Assembly: GCA_002269645.1 (NCBI GenBank)
Contig: NIVC01001392.1
Coordinates: forward strand, 124,001 to 188,000
DNA from: Macrostomum lignano
Lineage: Eukaryota
Reading direction: 5' to 3'
DNA: 64,000 bases
This document shows positions 60,986 to 64,000 of the stretch, in pieces; position 1 is the stretch's first letter, and each line of letters begins with the position of its first letter. The position numbers and the translations under genes were made by a program. The notes under the pieces were generated by a model. The model saw only the letters and a program-made list of their open reading frames with translations. It did not search any database and was not told where the DNA came from.

Positions 60986-61556
60986 CATGTATACCAGTGT
61001 ATGGATCATGTACCCGTGTATGCCAGAAAAAATTCAGGTGTCAAGGACTTTGTATGCTAGTGTACACCAAAAACAAAAAGTTGCACTAAAATGTACACCA
61101 AAAATTCTTAAAAAAGGGCATTCAGTTTTCACAAGTAGAGTTTTCTAAGAAAGGCTTTCATATGAAAAGTGTTTTTAAGATATTATGAATATTTTCAATT
61201 TAAACAAACTTAAATTATACCTACAAAAAATATGATGCAAAATTAATACTCTTAGCAAAAATTTACACTAATTTTATTTATTATTAATTTAAAAGAAGCA
61301 AAAAGTTTATCACTGACAATATAAATTTTCCTTTACTTTACATAAAAACATTAAATTACATTACAATTTTCATGCACAGCATGAATTTATTCACCAAAAT
61401 TTATACGCCAAAAAAGTATGCATGGCTGTGTTACTTGTGTATGCCAATAGTGTACGCCAACAAAGTGCGCCAAGGGTTGTGTACATCGATTGTGTACGCC
61501 AAGGACTTAGGGTGGCCGTTTTGTACGCCAGAAAAGTTCTGGCATACATGCATACC
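60986..61556. mobile_element. degenerate MITE-like element with short terminal inverted repeat and sub-terminal TGTACGCCA motifs
   Basis: TGTATGCCAGAA (61017) inverted against TTCTGGCATACA (~61538); motif clusters at both ends around an AT-rich core. Confidence 0.45.
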
Positions 61557-61859
61557 ATCTGCAACCTGGCATGTATATAATCATCAATCAGATGAAAAGA
61601 TTGATTGATTGAAAAGTCTGAGTTTTTTATTTTAGTTTTTAAAAAAATTAAATTAAATTAATTCTTAAGAGTGCCGCCACAAATATATATGTAGCTACTG
61701 GAAAGAAATAATTTTTCGATACATATTTGTTGCACTTTAAGATTTAGTGTTACTCTTATTAATAAATTTAATTTAATTTATTTTATTTTTTTAAACTTAA
61801 AAAGTTCAAGATAGAAAATTTTCTGTTTGCTAAAAAAATTCAAATTAAAAAAAACTTCA

Positions 61860-61927
61860 ACCACTTGGGATTCAAACCTAGCTACTTGCAATCACAAGGC
61901 AATCAACATACTCACTAAGCCACCACT
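61860..61927 (-). mobile_element. eroded tRNA-derived SINE head
   Basis: Reverse complement GTGGTGGCTTAGTGAGTA...GGTTTGAATCCCAAG, i.e. A-box and B-box with C>T/G>A changes. Confidence 0.5.
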
Positions 61928-63215
61928 TGCTTATAAAAGGGCCCTACAGAACATGCATTTTATATTAATGATTATAGCCATGCCTATAAGCTCAAATATT
62001 ATAGACACAGCCACTGTGTCTATAGGTAGGCCTACTCTGTTGTTAAAATCATATTTTTTCTAGTTTTTTTAAATTTTAAATATTTTCTATTTTGCAATTT
62101 TATTATTTTCAAAAGCCAATTTTTTAAAAAGAAAAATGGCAGAAGAGATATGAAAAGTCTTTTTCATCATATTACAAATAAAATATACATTATTGCATTT
62201 AATTTGCATGATTGTATATTTTAGTCAATAAGAATGTCACAAATTTTTTTAATCACTTGACTAATACAAGCACATATAGTGTATAATATAAGCTATCTCT
62301 AGGCTTTGCCATCATTTTAGATATGATACAATTGCCAAGCCTACTTTCCCTATCTTCTTTCTACATATTTGTTACTTTAACTTTGTTATTTTTCATACCT
62401 TTTTTGAATTTTCCAAAACATTATAATGCTTTGCAGAAAATAAAACTTTTGTGATTTACTAAAACATTACTTTGCTAAAATATCCTATAGCCAATAAGAT
62501 AAAAGCTAAGGGCCTACCAATTATTATCTGTCTATAAACTATAGTAGGAATAAATATAACTAAAGTTTAAATTTAAGAGAATAGAAATGAAAAGAATGTC
62601 TAAATATTATTTTTATATTGTTTTTCTTTTAGATTATAGAGAACAAGGCTTCTTTTGACTAGACTTGCTTATGCTATAATTGAAATAAGGTAAAAAGGAT
62701 AATTACTGGGTTCCTTAGCTTTATATCAGTTTATCAATAGAGAAACTTTATTAGAAAATTTTTGTCTATCTAGCAGATATTAGGGATTATAAATGTTTAT
62801 AGGTTATGCCAATACTATTATATCTATTATATTAAAAGCTTTAAAAATAAATAGAAATACTAATTTATAGTTATTAGCTATGAAATAAAGAACCCTGTTT
62901 AAATGTGATTATTACAGATAATATCTAGCATAGTTAAAGGGAGTTTGTAAAGTATATTATACTGCTAGCCTACTTTTAAACCAAACTCAAAGCCAAGTAT
63001 TACTTAAAACTGACATAGGCATAGAATAGCATATATTATTATAGTTGCTACTGCAATGCTAATGGCTATACCAAGTCAAGGGTGAACAAATTATTGCACT
63101 AATAAAAATGGTATAGCCATAAGTGTGGCAATAATAAACATAAATTAAAATAACTCATGGATCGCAGCAATCTGCAATTCGCCATTGGCTAGCAGACTAA
63201 TTGGAATCCAATGCA

Positions 63216-63988
63216 ATGAGTTTTAGCAGTGATGAAGTCAACTTTCTCGTGTTTAGATATCTGCAGGAGTCAGGTAGGCATTTCATGCAACTTGTTACAT
63301 ATTACTAAGAAGTCTTCATTAAACGAAACGTTTTCTTGAAATTCTGTTACAATTTCTATCAAACTCGTGCACCGCAGGCTACCTGCACTCTGCCTACCTA
63401 TTCGGTGTCGAGAGCCACATCTCCAGCACGAACATCAACGGCTCCATGGTGCCGCCGGCCGCTCTGTTGCAGATCATCCAGAAGGGCCTGCAGTACACCG
63501 AGGCCGAAATCAGCATAGGCGATGGCGGCTCAGAGAGAGTGGTGGAGTCCCTGTCCCTAATCGACTCGGTGATGCCAGAGGTTGTTGACATGCGCAAAAA
63601 GCAGGTCGCCGAAGCTGAGCGAAATCGACGAGGCGGAGGCCGAATGAAACCTGAGGCGCATAACGGCGGCGAAGATGACCATAGCAACCATCACCAGGCC
63701 GTTGCTATGGACGCGGAGAGCAGCGGAGGCGGCGGTGGTGGAGGCTACTTCCCAGCCAACAGGGTGACGGTGCTGCGCGGTCACGAGTCCGAGGTGTTCA
63801 TCTGCGCTTGGAATCCCAAGACCGACTTGCTGGCCTCGGGATCCGGAGATTCAACGGCCCGAATCTGGGACGCCACGGACCCGGCCTCGGCCGGCGAGGC
63901 CAAGAAGCAGCTGGTGCTGAAGCATTGCATTAGTAAAGGCGGCCTCGATGTGCCTAGCAACAAGGATGTCACTTCTCTGGATTGGAAT
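63216..63988 (+). CDS. TBL1XR1: TBL1X/TBL1XR1 (ebi) LisH-WD40 corepressor subunit, 5' partial; exons 63216-63273 and 63378-63988
   Basis: MSFSSDEVNFLVFRYLQESG|YLHSAYLFGVESH (LisH) ... LRGHESEVFICAWNP..DLLASGSGDSTARIW ... SNKDVTSLDWN|GTGAGT; continues beyond the window. Confidence 0.97.
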
Positions 63989-64000
63989 GTGAGTCGTTTG

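Overview
Eukaryotic (animal) genomic DNA with GT-AG introns, GC-rich exons and an extreme density of micro-, mini- and satellite arrays. This architecture suggests a free-living flatworm such as Macrostomum (inference only). Recognisable genes: a single-exon death-domain+TIR (MyD88-like) gene head-to-head with an LRR-ROC-COR (MFHAS1-like ROCO) gene, Suv4-20 H4K20 methyltransferase, a 3-exon GSI/lengsin-type glutamine-synthetase-like gene, the 5' part of TBL1X/ebi, and four uncharacterised genes. Mobile DNA: two RTE-like LINE relics, an RNase H-bearing LINE relic, an intact 1.5-kb non-coding LTR element (TRIM-like), MITEs and tRNA/CORE SINEs. An 8.2-kb satellite with a 3420-bp higher-order repeat lies at 38.3-46.5 kb. 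The most striking signal is patchy, almost purely C>T/G>A erosion of repeats (CpG, but also CpA) confined to AT-rich islands at about 3-4.5, 23-27 and 60-63 kb. An internal control supports a positional effect: the two arms of one MITE keep 10 versus 1 CpG. This resembles a RIP-like or methylation-driven genome-defence process in an animal.
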